Program-made: the position numbers and the translations under genes
Notes under the pieces: generated by a model
What the model was told of the DNA's origin: nothing
What the model saw: only the letters and a program-made list of their open reading frames with translations
Database searches by the model: none
IMG/VR virus record: IMGVR_UViG_3300030207_004563
Span: 1-27,243 of that record
DNA from: a virus
Lineage: Duplodnaviria > Caudoviricetes
Reading direction: 5' to 3' (one strand)
DNA: 27,243 nt
Part shown: in pieces, positions 17,500-24,818 of the stretch
Layout: each line of letters starts with the position of its first letter
Position numbering within the stretch: position 1 is the stretch's first letter

Positions 17500-17643
17500 A
17501 TGATTAAAATAACCCCTGAAACGTACGAAAAAATGAATGAGGAATTTGAAGAGGAAGGTATGCCTTTTTCAATCAATGTTCCTACACAAGAAACAATTGA
17601 TGAGTGGTTACAACAGACTAAATTGTTCGCCGCAAACCAGTAG
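17500..17643 (+). CDS. Small acidic hypothetical protein (47 aa)
   Basis: Start reassigned to ATG 17500: MIKITPETYEKMNEEFEEEGMPF... Confidence 0.6.
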   Translation: MIKITPETYEKMNEEFEEEGMPFSINVPTQETIDEWLQQTKLFAANQ

Positions 17644-17656
17644 CATCTGCTACATT
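17621..17656 (+). promoter_or_regulatory. Promoter copy 2 with palindromic NtcA-type box overlapping the -10
   Basis: AATTGTTCGCCGCAAACCAGTA (17621-17642); GTAGCA-TC-TGCTAC (GTA-N8-TAC) at 17640-17653; TACATT at 17651-17656, about 10 nt before the riboswitch. Confidence 0.7.
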
Positions 17657-17665
17657 TAATGTATA

Positions 17666-17711
17666 CGTTCATCCCTTTTGGGACGCAAGTAAGCCAGAGG
17701 CTGAAGGAACG
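17666..17711 (+). ncRNA. Glutamine riboswitch aptamer (glnA-motif topology)
   Basis: P1 CGTTC/GAACG, P2 TCCC-TTTT-GGGA, junction CGCA, P3 AGCC-AGA-GGCT closed by an AGTA/GAA E-loop; lies in the 5' UTR of a DUF4278-like gene. Confidence 0.85.
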
Positions 17712-17741
17712 GGAAATTTCTAAACACTATGGAGGTTTCCA

Positions 17742-17927
17742 ATGTCTAACATCGAAGTGCGTGCTATCGAAAAAGCACGTGATGATCTCAAGCGTGCTCA
17801 GAAAGAGTATCGCCGTGCAATGCTCCGTGATACCCACTATCGCGGTGTATCAACTGTGATTTTCCCTGAAGAACCTCAGGAAATTCACGGTACGTTTGTT
17901 TATCGTGGTATTAAGTACACCAAATAA
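17742..17927 (+). CDS. DUF4278-like small protein (related to GS-inactivating-factor IF17 N-terminal motif)
   Basis: Two YRG motifs (HYRGVS, FVYRGIKYTK); SD GGAGG at 17731-17735; downstream of a glutamine riboswitch. Confidence 0.75.
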   Translation: MSNIEVRAIEKARDDLKRAQKEYRRAMLRDTHYRGVSTVIFPEEPQEIHGTFVYRGIKYTK

Positions 17928-17933
17928 TTAAGT

Positions 17934-17964
17934 GTCCTCAGCATAACTGCTGAGGCCTTTTTTT
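17934..17964 (+). terminator. Rho-independent terminator
   Basis: CCTCAGCA-taac-TGCTGAGG followed by CC and seven T. Confidence 0.85.
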
Positions 17965-18034
17965 ATTTATTTATTGGTTAACATATTTGAAGCGGTAAGT
18001 ACATATCGCTATTTATATTAGTTATCTATTTATC

Positions 18035-18406
18035 ATGAAATCTGTTATCGCTGCCGGATTGCTCCTGGGCATGGCTCATGGCACTGCAATTGCTGGCCCT
18101 TTCGTAAATGTTGAATCTAACTCTGGTTATGTCGGCAGTGACTGGCAGGGATCTTCTCTGGAGACTCATGTCGGTTTTAGCAATGACTTGGGCGATGCTG
18201 CTTCCTGGTATGTCCAGGGTGGTCCCGCTTTTCTGTCTGCTTCCGGCGTAGATACTGAGACTGAAATCTCTGGCAAAGCAGGGGTTGGTATTGATCTCAC
18301 TGAAAAACTCAATGCCTATGGAGAAATTTCGTTCTTGACCGAAGATCGTACTTTCGAAGAAGATCTTGGCTTTGGTCTCAAGCTTGGTGGAACTTATAGC
18401 TTCTGA
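18035..18406 (+). CDS. Small outer-membrane beta-barrel / porin-like protein
   Basis: Signal peptide ending AIA, alternating amphipathic strands, C-terminal GGTYSF (terminal Phe). Confidence 0.75.
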   Translation: MKSVIAAGLLLGMAHGTAIAGPFVNVESNSGYVGSDWQGSSLETHVGFSNDLGDAASWYVQGGPAFLSASGVDTETEISGKAGVGIDLTEKLNAYGEISFLTEDRTFEEDLGFGLKLGGTYSF

Positions 18407-18428
18407 TAATTCACCTACATTATTACTC

Positions 18429-18455
18429 AGGGTCGGCTAATGCCGGCCCTTTTTT
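18429..18455 (+). terminator. Rho-independent terminator
   Basis: AGGGTCGGC-taat-GCCGGCCCT followed by a T run. Confidence 0.85.
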
Positions 18456-18499
18456 ATTATTTTTAACTTAGAATAATTCTGTTAAGTGATATACAAATA

Positions 18500-19174
18500 A
18501 TGAAAAATTTGTTTTTAGGTTTACTATCTGCAGCTGCTTTATTTCCTGCTCCAGCTTTAAGTGATACTTACACACCATACACAGCATCAGCGCTGGGTTG
18601 CATGAAATTAGGAGAATGTATTGATGGGGTTTTTGAAGTATTTGAGGGCAACCATTTAGAAGTTTTTGGTGATTTAAATTGGTCTGAACAGGAACGCACA
18701 GAGGCTGACGATCTTATTCAAGTTCTAGAAGATATAGATGTTACTGTCTATATTGCTGAGCCTAAATACTTCCCTAGAAGTATGCTTGCAGTTTATTACA
18801 CAGATATCAATACTATTTTCCTAAATGGAGATAGGAATTCTGTTCCGACTTCTATTCTTCAGAGTCTTAGGCACGAAGCTTGGCATACTGCACAAGATTG
18901 CATGGCAGGTACAGTTGAAAATACTTTTATGGCAGTCATCTTCCAGGATGATGAGATACCTGAAAAATACAAACGAATTGCACAAATAAGGTATGGTCGC
19001 TTTAGAAATACTGCACATGCTGTTCCTTGGGAGCAAGGTGCAATCTATGCAGGTGATACTCCTGGGCTTTCCCTGAAGACTCTCAAAATTTGCAAGAAAG
19101 GTCGGATGTGGGACACGATTGAACCAACCCCGTTAACCAGAAAATGGTTGGTTAAAGAAGGTTATATAGATTAG
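18500..19174 (+). CDS. Secreted zincin-like metallopeptidase candidate
   Basis: Signal peptide; LRHEAWHTAQDC (HExxH) with downstream PWEQGA as likely third ligand. Confidence 0.7.
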   Translation: MKNLFLGLLSAAALFPAPALSDTYTPYTASALGCMKLGECIDGVFEVFEGNHLEVFGDLNWSEQERTEADDLIQVLEDIDVTVYIAEPKYFPRSMLAVYYTDINTIFLNGDRNSVPTSILQSLRHEAWHTAQDCMAGTVENTFMAVIFQDDEIPEKYKRIAQIRYGRFRNTAHAVPWEQGAIYAGDTPGLSLKTLKICKKGRMWDTIEPTPLTRKWLVKEGYID

Positions 19175-19211
19175 TTATATACAATTAATAAAGGACTAAA
19201 TATATGAATAG

Positions 19212-19871
19212 ATGCGTAAAGCAGGTGATTTAATTGCGCAAATGTTGCGCAATGCAAAAAACGAAAAGAATAAAAGGAATGTTGTAGGCTCTGGTGAATA
19301 TGGAGTTGTCTTTGAATCAGATACGCCTGGTTATGTGATTAAAGAAGCTCGCAATGATGATGAAGACTTTACTAGAGAAGCAGACTTTCAATCTGTTGCT
19401 GCTGATATGGGTTTTGCTCCTCGTGTTTCAAGCGTGACAACTTCTCCTTTTAATTCTGATAGTTTTGAAATGCAAGATGTTAGAGTTAATTTTGAAATGC
19501 CTCCAATATCTACACAATGGCCTACTGGTAAAAATGCTATACGAGTTAATCAGCAGCTAGGTCAGCTTGCTTTAAAAGGTATTGATTTAGACGACAGGCA
19601 CGTTGGTAACATTGTCTATAACAAAATGACTGGCCGTCCTATGCAACTTGATTTCGGTAGAGCGCGTAACGTTGCAGGTGAGGACCAAGTCGCCGCGCTT
19701 GCAAATGCTACTGAAGCGGGTCTTACTGCTGCTGGCTTAGGAGATGTAGCTCAAATTTATAGAGACACTGTCTACGACCTGCTCGCTGGTGGTGATGTTG
19801 CTGATGCAATGGATGTCGCTAAGCAAGGCTTTAGTAGGCTTCAAAAAATTAAAGAACCTATACTCTCTTAG
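19212..19871 (+). CDS. Protein-kinase-like protein
   Basis: GSGEYGVV glycine loop, VIK, REA, catalytic DRHVGN, LDFG in correct order. Confidence 0.8.
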   Translation: MRKAGDLIAQMLRNAKNEKNKRNVVGSGEYGVVFESDTPGYVIKEARNDDEDFTREADFQSVAADMGFAPRVSSVTTSPFNSDSFEMQDVRVNFEMPPISTQWPTGKNAIRVNQQLGQLALKGIDLDDRHVGNIVYNKMTGRPMQLDFGRARNVAGEDQVAALANATEAGLTAAGLGDVAQIYRDTVYDLLAGGDVADAMDVAKQGFSRLQKIKEPILS

Positions 19872-20184
19872 TATTGTCTCGATAAATTCCTGATAGAGGA
19901 TCAACCATTTCAGGGCGCAGTTCTTCCTGTCTCGCTTTCTGCGCACTCAGATCCATCATCCGCATTTGCTGAATACCAATACCAGCACTTTGTCCGCCAG
20001 TCCCTGGTCTTTGAGTTGTGGTATTAATAGGTGTATTGGCTTGATAAGCCATCTGCCCTTTATAAGCCTTTGCTCTTTTCAATGCTAGCTGCTGCGCTCC
20101 CGCAGCTCCTGACTGATTAAAGTCACTGCGATCACGGTACGATAAACGACGTCTGTCAATTGGTGTATTTCTAAATGCAGACAC
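19858..20184 (-). CDS. Hypothetical low-complexity protein (108 aa)
   Basis: ORF track; GTG start with GAGGT upstream. Confidence 0.65.
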   Translation of the reverse strand: MSAFRNTPIDRRRLSYRDRSDFNQSGAAGAQQLALKRAKAYKGQMAYQANTPINTTTQRPGTGGQSAGIGIQQMRMMDLSAQKARQEELRPEMVDPLSGIYRDNTKRV

Positions 20185-20205
20185 TATTTTACATCAATAC
20201 CTCTT

Positions 20206-20433
20206 TTATTCTACTCCAATTTCTCGTCGCACTTCTTTAACAGCATTTGCCAATGGTCCCATCAATGTAACCATCCGCTTAGGTACTTCGTTGTCAATCC
20301 GATCAATCGTTTTTTCAATTGTCTCTAGTCTTGCGGCAACAGCACTTGCATTCTTTTTGTACTTACGATCAGTCAAATAAAGACCGCCGCCACTCAGCAA
20401 TACTGCTACTACAGGTCCAATAATAAATTCCAT
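20206..20433 (-). CDS. Small membrane-anchored coiled-coil protein
   Basis: N-terminal hydrophobic segment followed by heptad-like RLETIEKTIDRI. Confidence 0.7.
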   Translation of the reverse strand: MEFIIGPVVAVLLSGGGLYLTDRKYKKNASAVAARLETIEKTIDRIDNEVPKRMVTLMGPLANAVKEVRREIGVE

Positions 20434-20467
20434 CTTATTAGATTACGCTTGCAAAAGTCTAGCGCAA

Positions 20468-20794
20468 TTAAAACATAATCATGTCATCTCCATCGATGTC
20501 ATCGTCTTCAAACTCAGTATCCATGATGTCTCCAGGCATTTCATCGTAAGCATTCTGCAATAGCTCTACAAACGTTTCTTCTGAAATAATCTCTGGAAGT
20601 CCACCTTGTAATTCATCTACTTTGAAAATAATGCCATTGGCAAGCAGTGTTTGCTGGATGCCATTCTTTTGTTCCATTCGTGTTTTCAATAAACGAACCA
20701 CAGTCTTCTCAAGTGCCGGCTTGCTCATTCGAGCTGTTTCATACCTAGCACGTTGTAAAGCGAACCTCTGTTCGATTGTCAATGTGTTTTTCAT
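20468..20794 (-). CDS. nblA: NblA-like phycobilisome degradation protein with acidic C-terminal extension
   Basis: LTIEQRFAL........MSKPAL......L....M.QKN....L matches the NblA helix-loop-helix pattern (LxxEQxF...MS...N). Confidence 0.55.
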   Translation of the reverse strand: MKNTLTIEQRFALQRARYETARMSKPALEKTVVRLLKTRMEQKNGIQQTLLANGIIFKVDELQGGLPEIISEETFVELLQNAYDEMPGDIMDTEFEDDDIDGDDMIMF

Positions 20795-21137
20795 CTAATT
20801 CTTCCTCGATAAATCTTTTACATGAGATCCATTCTTCAATGAGTTCTTTGGCCGTTTCATTATAAAATGTTTGGCCTTGAAACCACTCTAACCAAGGTTC
20901 TGATCCTTTTGAGTGATTGCACTCAATGCATGCAGGAAGAAGATTGCTTCGTAAACTTGATCCGCCTCTGCTTCGTGGTTTTAGATGGTCTAGAGTTGTC
21001 GCTCGGTTGCAGCGACAATATGCACATAAGCCGCCCCAGCCGTATTTAATTGACTTGCGAAACTTACGCTTAGCTACCTGTTTAGACAGGCAGGAAAGAT
21101 CAAACATTAGATCCTTCCAGTCTTCAGCGATACCCAT
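20745..21137 (-). CDS. HNH endonuclease (intact motifs)
   Basis: CAYC...TLDHLKPRSRGG....NLLPACIECNHSKG. Confidence 0.9.
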   Translation of the reverse strand: MGIAEDWKDLMFDLSCLSKQVAKRKFRKSIKYGWGGLCAYCRCNRATTLDHLKPRSRGGSSLRSNLLPACIECNHSKGSEPWLEWFQGQTFYNETAKELIEEWISCKRFIEEELDEKHIDNRTEVRFTTC

Positions 21138-21197
21138 AGAGTTGTTGTTAGCAACTGCCTACACTTTAACCATGTAACGAATCGTTTTATCCGTTTT

Positions 21198-21359
21198 CTA
21201 TTCTTCAGGTAATAAAGCTTCTTTGACAGCCTTAACTGCTAGGTCATCTAATTTATTTTCGCTCTTCTCGGCGAGTGCTGTCAATAAGTCAACAATCATC
21301 TGTTTTACCTGACGTGACGTGACAAACTTCATCAAAATAGGAGTAATTAATGCAAGCAT
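21198..21359 (-). CDS. Small amphipathic protein, possible holin-like (53 aa)
   Basis: Read by hand: MLALITPILMKFVTSRQVKQMIVDLLTALAEKSENKLDDLAVKAVKEALLPEE*; the ORF is convincing, the holin function is a guess. Confidence 0.6.
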   Translation of the reverse strand: MLALITPILMKFVTSRQVKQMIVDLLTALAEKSENKLDDLAVKAVKEALLPEE

Positions 21360-21389
21360 TTTTTTAGCCAAAAACTGCCTCTATTCTAC

Positions 21390-21689
21390 CTATACTTTTT
21401 TATTCAAATCCCTTTGATTTTGTGCAGCTAGCATCTTTTCAATGTCATCTTTTGTCAGCGTTCCTTTGCCGTTTCCTTTTGTTGTCTGAATTCCAAATGT
21501 AGATAGTACCCCAGTAAAAATAGATGCCACAAATGTATTATCAAATTTTTGCTCAGGAATTCCGAGATACGCAGGTAGTTGAATGTAAGCCAATGTAAGG
21601 ATTGCTCCACTCCAAACAAGAATACCCAGTCGAACAAATGTTGACAGAATTTCTAAACGTGATTCCTTGTCATTCTCGTGATTGTCCAT
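21390..21689 (-). CDS. Cassette gene A1: two-TM membrane protein
   Basis: RLEILSTFVRLGILVWSGAILTLAYIQLP...PEQKFDNTF; paralogue at 25097. Confidence 0.85.
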   Translation of the reverse strand: MDNHENDKESRLEILSTFVRLGILVWSGAILTLAYIQLPAYLGIPEQKFDNTFVASIFTGVLSTFGIQTTKGNGKGTLTKDDIEKMLAAQNQRDLNKKV

Positions 21690-21732
21690 GGTTTATAAAA
21701 GTTAGAATAGAACTGTCGGGCTCTTAAAAAAG

Positions 21733-22101
21733 ATGAAGTATCTTCTTTTATTATTACTTATTCCTGCGCCTTCTCTTGCCCAGTCGGTTACTCCTAACTT
21801 CACTTCGGGAACAATGACTCAAACAGTCACAACCACTCAGACTGTGACAGAAGCTATTGAGGTTGAACGATTCGGAAGTGAAATTAAAACCTGGAACGGC
21901 GACAATGTCAAAGCTGTTGACTCTGATGGTGCAGAAGTCAATATTATTTCGAATGGCACTGAATTTTTAGTTGTCGATACATCGTTACCATGGCAATTAG
22001 ATATCGTAACCAGAACGGCTGGCATCATCGAAACAGAAAGTATCGAGCGAACGATCGAAACAGATTCAACTACAAATACTTTATCTGTCTTTGCGCAATA
22101 A
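21733..22101 (+). CDS. Cassette gene B1: secreted Thr-rich beta protein
   Basis: Signal peptide; PNFTSGTMTQTVT...DTSLPWQL...SVFAQ; paralogue at 25430. Confidence 0.85.
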   Translation: MKYLLLLLLIPAPSLAQSVTPNFTSGTMTQTVTTTQTVTEAIEVERFGSEIKTWNGDNVKAVDSDGAEVNIISNGTEFLVVDTSLPWQLDIVTRTAGIIETESIERTIETDSTTNTLSVFAQ

Positions 22102-22568
22102 TTTTTTGCCCGCCATCACTTGCTGAATCAACTAGCGTTGCAGCAAATCCACAGGCAGCGATAACGGGCGCAGTGGCGAATAATGCGGTCCAGATCAATC
22201 AAGGGAGTTTAAGTACTCAGTCGTTTGGTAATAATATTTTCTGCAATGGTCCTGTTGTGTCCATTACACCTTATGTGATGAGCACTGAAAGCTTTACGAG
22301 TAGTTATAGTAATACCAATAATTATGGTGCCCAAATCAGCCTTTCAATGCCCTTAGATGGAGGTGCTGTCGAGCGCTGTAAACACTTAGCTCAAATTCAA
22401 ATTGATAAAGGAAGATTAGATTATGAGCTTGTGAGAATTAAGGAGTGCATTAATATCTATGAAAAGGGGTTCATGATACATCCTTCCTCACCTTTTTACC
22501 CCGTTTGCTCCGACGTGATTCCTTTAGCCTCTCGCGTGCCCAAGTCGGAGCAGGCTTCTTCCCTCTAA
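21990..22568 (+). CDS. Cassette gene C1: exported protein with four conserved Cys
   Basis: NNAVQINQGSLSTQSF, FCNGPV, QISLSMPLDGG, LDYELVRI.ECI; paralogue at 25687. Confidence 0.85.
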   Translation: MAIRYRNQNGWHHRNRKYRANDRNRFNYKYFICLCAIIFCPPSLAESTSVAANPQAAITGAVANNAVQINQGSLSTQSFGNNIFCNGPVVSITPYVMSTESFTSSYSNTNNYGAQISLSMPLDGGAVERCKHLAQIQIDKGRLDYELVRIKECINIYEKGFMIHPSSPFYPVCSDVIPLASRVPKSEQASSL

Positions 22569-23052
22569 TACTGGCTAGTTTTTTCAATACAAATTTAATT
22601 GCTGGTTTAGTTACTTTAGTAACTTGTTCGAATGCTCTACCTGCAGCCATTGTTGCCCCTACAGAAACAACTGCTGCGGTTCCTGCGGTTGTTACTGCTG
22701 TTACTAATATTTCCTTCGGCGGAACTGGAACTTCAAAATTAGTAAATGGAACTTCAACTGTTTCCATCATTGATTCAGTCTGTTGAGGCTCCCATGGTGG
22801 AATACTTGGCATAGGTGTAATCATTGCACCTACTTCATCAAGTAATCTGCCTCGATCTAATTCTTCAGATTCATCTTCCTTTTCTTCTTTCTCTTCTGCT
22901 TCTTTTGTTTCTGCCAATGCTGGTACATCTTCTTTGTACACAGGTATTGGTTCCCATTTAGGCAGCAAAGGTTCAGGCATGCCTAACGCTGGGCCTGGTA
23001 TTTCAAACTTTGGCGCTAAGGGTATTGTCGGTGCTAAAGGTATTGGATCCAT
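22471..23052 (-). CDS. Cassette gene D1: Pro-rich protein with single hydrophobic helix and basic tail
   Basis: PKWEPIP, EILVTAVTTAGTAAVVSVGATMAA, LKKLASIRGK; paralogue at 26222. Confidence 0.85.
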   Translation of the reverse strand: MDPIPLAPTIPLAPKFEIPGPALGMPEPLLPKWEPIPVYKEDVPALAETKEAEEKEEKEDESEELDRGRLLDEVGAMITPMPSIPPWEPQQTESMMETVEVPFTNFEVPVPPKEILVTAVTTAGTAAVVSVGATMAAGRAFEQVTKVTKPAIKFVLKKLASIRGKKPAPTWARERLKESRRSKRGKKVRKDVS

Positions 23053-23149
23053 ACCACACTAACTACCGTAGTTTTCTATATACTCTAACCAATATTACCT
23101 ACTGTATTTATTTTGCAGTTTATAGGTAGAAGAGTGGTCAGCGTGGTTT

Positions 23150-23266
23150 GTGAGGGCAGATAGTAAATGGGTTATCATCGGCATTGCTCTTCTTACGATA
23201 CTTTATATATGGCTCGAACAACTGCCCTCACTTAACTATTTTCGCACAATCAATTATTGTATGTGA
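23150..23266 (+). CDS. Possible single-TM microprotein (38 aa)
   Basis: GTG start: MRADSKWVIIGIALLTILYIWLEQLPSLNYFRTINYCM*. Confidence 0.3.
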   Translation: MRADSKWVIIGIALLTILYIWLEQLPSLNYFRTINYCM

Positions 23267-23422
23267 AAACGAGTTTACTTAAGTAGTCATTTCACCAGTT
23301 TAATTTGCGAGGCCATGTCTTCCGCATAAGCCATATTCAGTGTTGTTTCCAACTGATTTAAGTTTAGGTATGGCATGAGTCGTTATTCGCTGCTATAGTT
23401 CTAAGGTCAAGATCGCTATATC

Positions 23423-23602
23423 ATGATCGGTACTGAACTGCTTACCTGTTCGCAGGTACAAGAGGCTTTTGGAATTGGTAAAACAACCATCTATCGCTGG
23501 ATGGACACAAACCAATTTCCTCGCCCTGTCAAGCTTGGACCCAACCGTGTTGCTTGGAAGAAGACCGACCTGACCAGCTGGTTTGAGAAGCGTTGCTCAT
23601 AA
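23423..23602 (+). CDS. alpA: AlpA-family excisionase / recombination directionality factor (59 aa)
   Basis: Read by hand: MIGTELLTCSQVQEAFGIGKTTIYRWMDTNQFPRPVKLGPNRVAWKKTDLTSWFEKRCS*; TIYR...FPRPVKLG...VAW signature; convergent with integrase. Confidence 0.9.
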   Translation: MIGTELLTCSQVQEAFGIGKTTIYRWMDTNQFPRPVKLGPNRVAWKKTDLTSWFEKRCS

Positions 23603-24784
23603 CAACTTAAAACCACAGTCAATCAACATCTTCTCCCACTTCTCTAGGGCTTCACGTCTCTGCTGAAACCACTCAGTACGGTCGTAAGCCCTTCTTATCT
23701 TGTCCCCTGATCCGTTGATGTGGCCTAGCAGCTTGTCAACCACTTCATACGGAATGTCTGCTTGTTCCATGAGCGTCGTTTCTATCAGCGCTCTGAATCC
23801 ATGCATAGTTTGCTTGCCTTTGTATTTACCACCTTCAATATCCTTAATAGCTTTTTGTAGCGAGAAGGGATTGTAGTATCCATATTTGTTAGGCCTTACT
23901 GCTTTAAATACATACGGGCTGTCATCATTGAAACGCATTTTATCGATGATCGTTATGGCGCTATCAACTAAAGGCACATAATGGTCTACCTTGCAAGCAT
24001 CTTTTCGCTTAATTCCAGGTGCGTCCCACGGGGCTACCCAACTACGTTTTTCCAAGTCCAATTGTTTCCACTGGAGTTGTGCAAGAGTACTTACGCGGAC
24101 CGCTGTCAGTAGCTCTAACTTGATCATTCTGTTGATTGTCAGGTCTGATGAACTTGCATCAAGGTCCCTCAGAAGCTGTCGTAGCTCAGGACCGTATTTG
24201 ACCGTGGGGTGTCCTTCTGAGCGATGATCATTCTGTGTGTACTTCGTTGTGATTGCAGGGTTGTCACCTTTCATCCAGCGAAGTTCGATCGCAAGACTGA
24301 ACAACGTCCTAGCAATCATAAATGTCTTGTCTGCGGTGTCCTTCGCCCCACGATCCTCAATACGTCTCTTCATAGCAACACACTTTTCGCGTCCGCCGTT
24401 ATTCCACTCAAGATCACGTAGGTCTGTATCTTTTCCAAGACGCGGAAGGATATCAAGACGAATCTTGTTCATGTAACCCCTGCGCGTTTCCTCCTTCGGT
24501 TTGCCGCTTCGTCGTGCAACCTCTTCCCACTCACGCACCAGATCGCCAAGGGTATGGCCAGCCTTACCGATCTCCGTAATACCTAACTTCACTCCACTCC
24601 AAGCTCGCCTGGCTTCTTTGAGGCCAAGGTTTGGGTAACTACCGATGTGATGATCGCGACCTTTCAGACGTCCTCGAATGTATTTACTGCCATTGGGCAT
24701 TACTTCAATACGTAAGCCATCACCAAGCCCCACCTTGTAGCGCTTTTCGGCTGGTTTCAGCGCTCTTAGCTCTTTGTCGGTCAT
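23597..24784 (-). CDS. int: Tyrosine integrase, P4-like
   Basis: Arm-binding N-terminus (GDGLRIEV.PNGSK...IGSYPNLGLKEAR), TAVR, HGFR, LGH, AYDR catalytic residues. Confidence 0.95.
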   Translation of the reverse strand: MTDKELRALKPAEKRYKVGLGDGLRIEVMPNGSKYIRGRLKGRDHHIGSYPNLGLKEARRAWSGVKLGITEIGKAGHTLGDLVREWEEVARRSGKPKEETRRGYMNKIRLDILPRLGKDTDLRDLEWNNGGREKCVAMKRRIEDRGAKDTADKTFMIARTLFSLAIELRWMKGDNPAITTKYTQNDHRSEGHPTVKYGPELRQLLRDLDASSSDLTINRMIKLELLTAVRVSTLAQLQWKQLDLEKRSWVAPWDAPGIKRKDACKVDHYVPLVDSAITIIDKMRFNDDSPYVFKAVRPNKYGYYNPFSLQKAIKDIEGGKYKGKQTMHGFRALIETTLMEQADIPYEVVDKLLGHINGSGDKIRRAYDRTEWFQQRREALEKWEKMLIDCGFKLL

Positions 24785-24818
24785 CTCTGTTGTCGGCGTC
24801 TCTATCCCATGTCTAGCT

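Larger units (their letters stand above)
21390..23052. repeat. Four-gene envelope cassette, copy 1
   Basis: Gene order A(-) B(+) C(+) D(-) repeated at 25097-26740 with clear protein homology. Confidence 0.92.

Noticed and set aside
21138-21197. NtcA site upstream of the HNH/nblA-like genes
   Set aside because: Only a half-site and a short AACGA-A-TCGTT palindrome; no GTA-N8-TAC.
23287-23376. 29-aa minus-strand ORF (MPYLNLNQLETTLNMAY...) divergent from alpA, considered as a repressor
   Set aside because: Too short, no helix-turn-helix pattern, no independent support.
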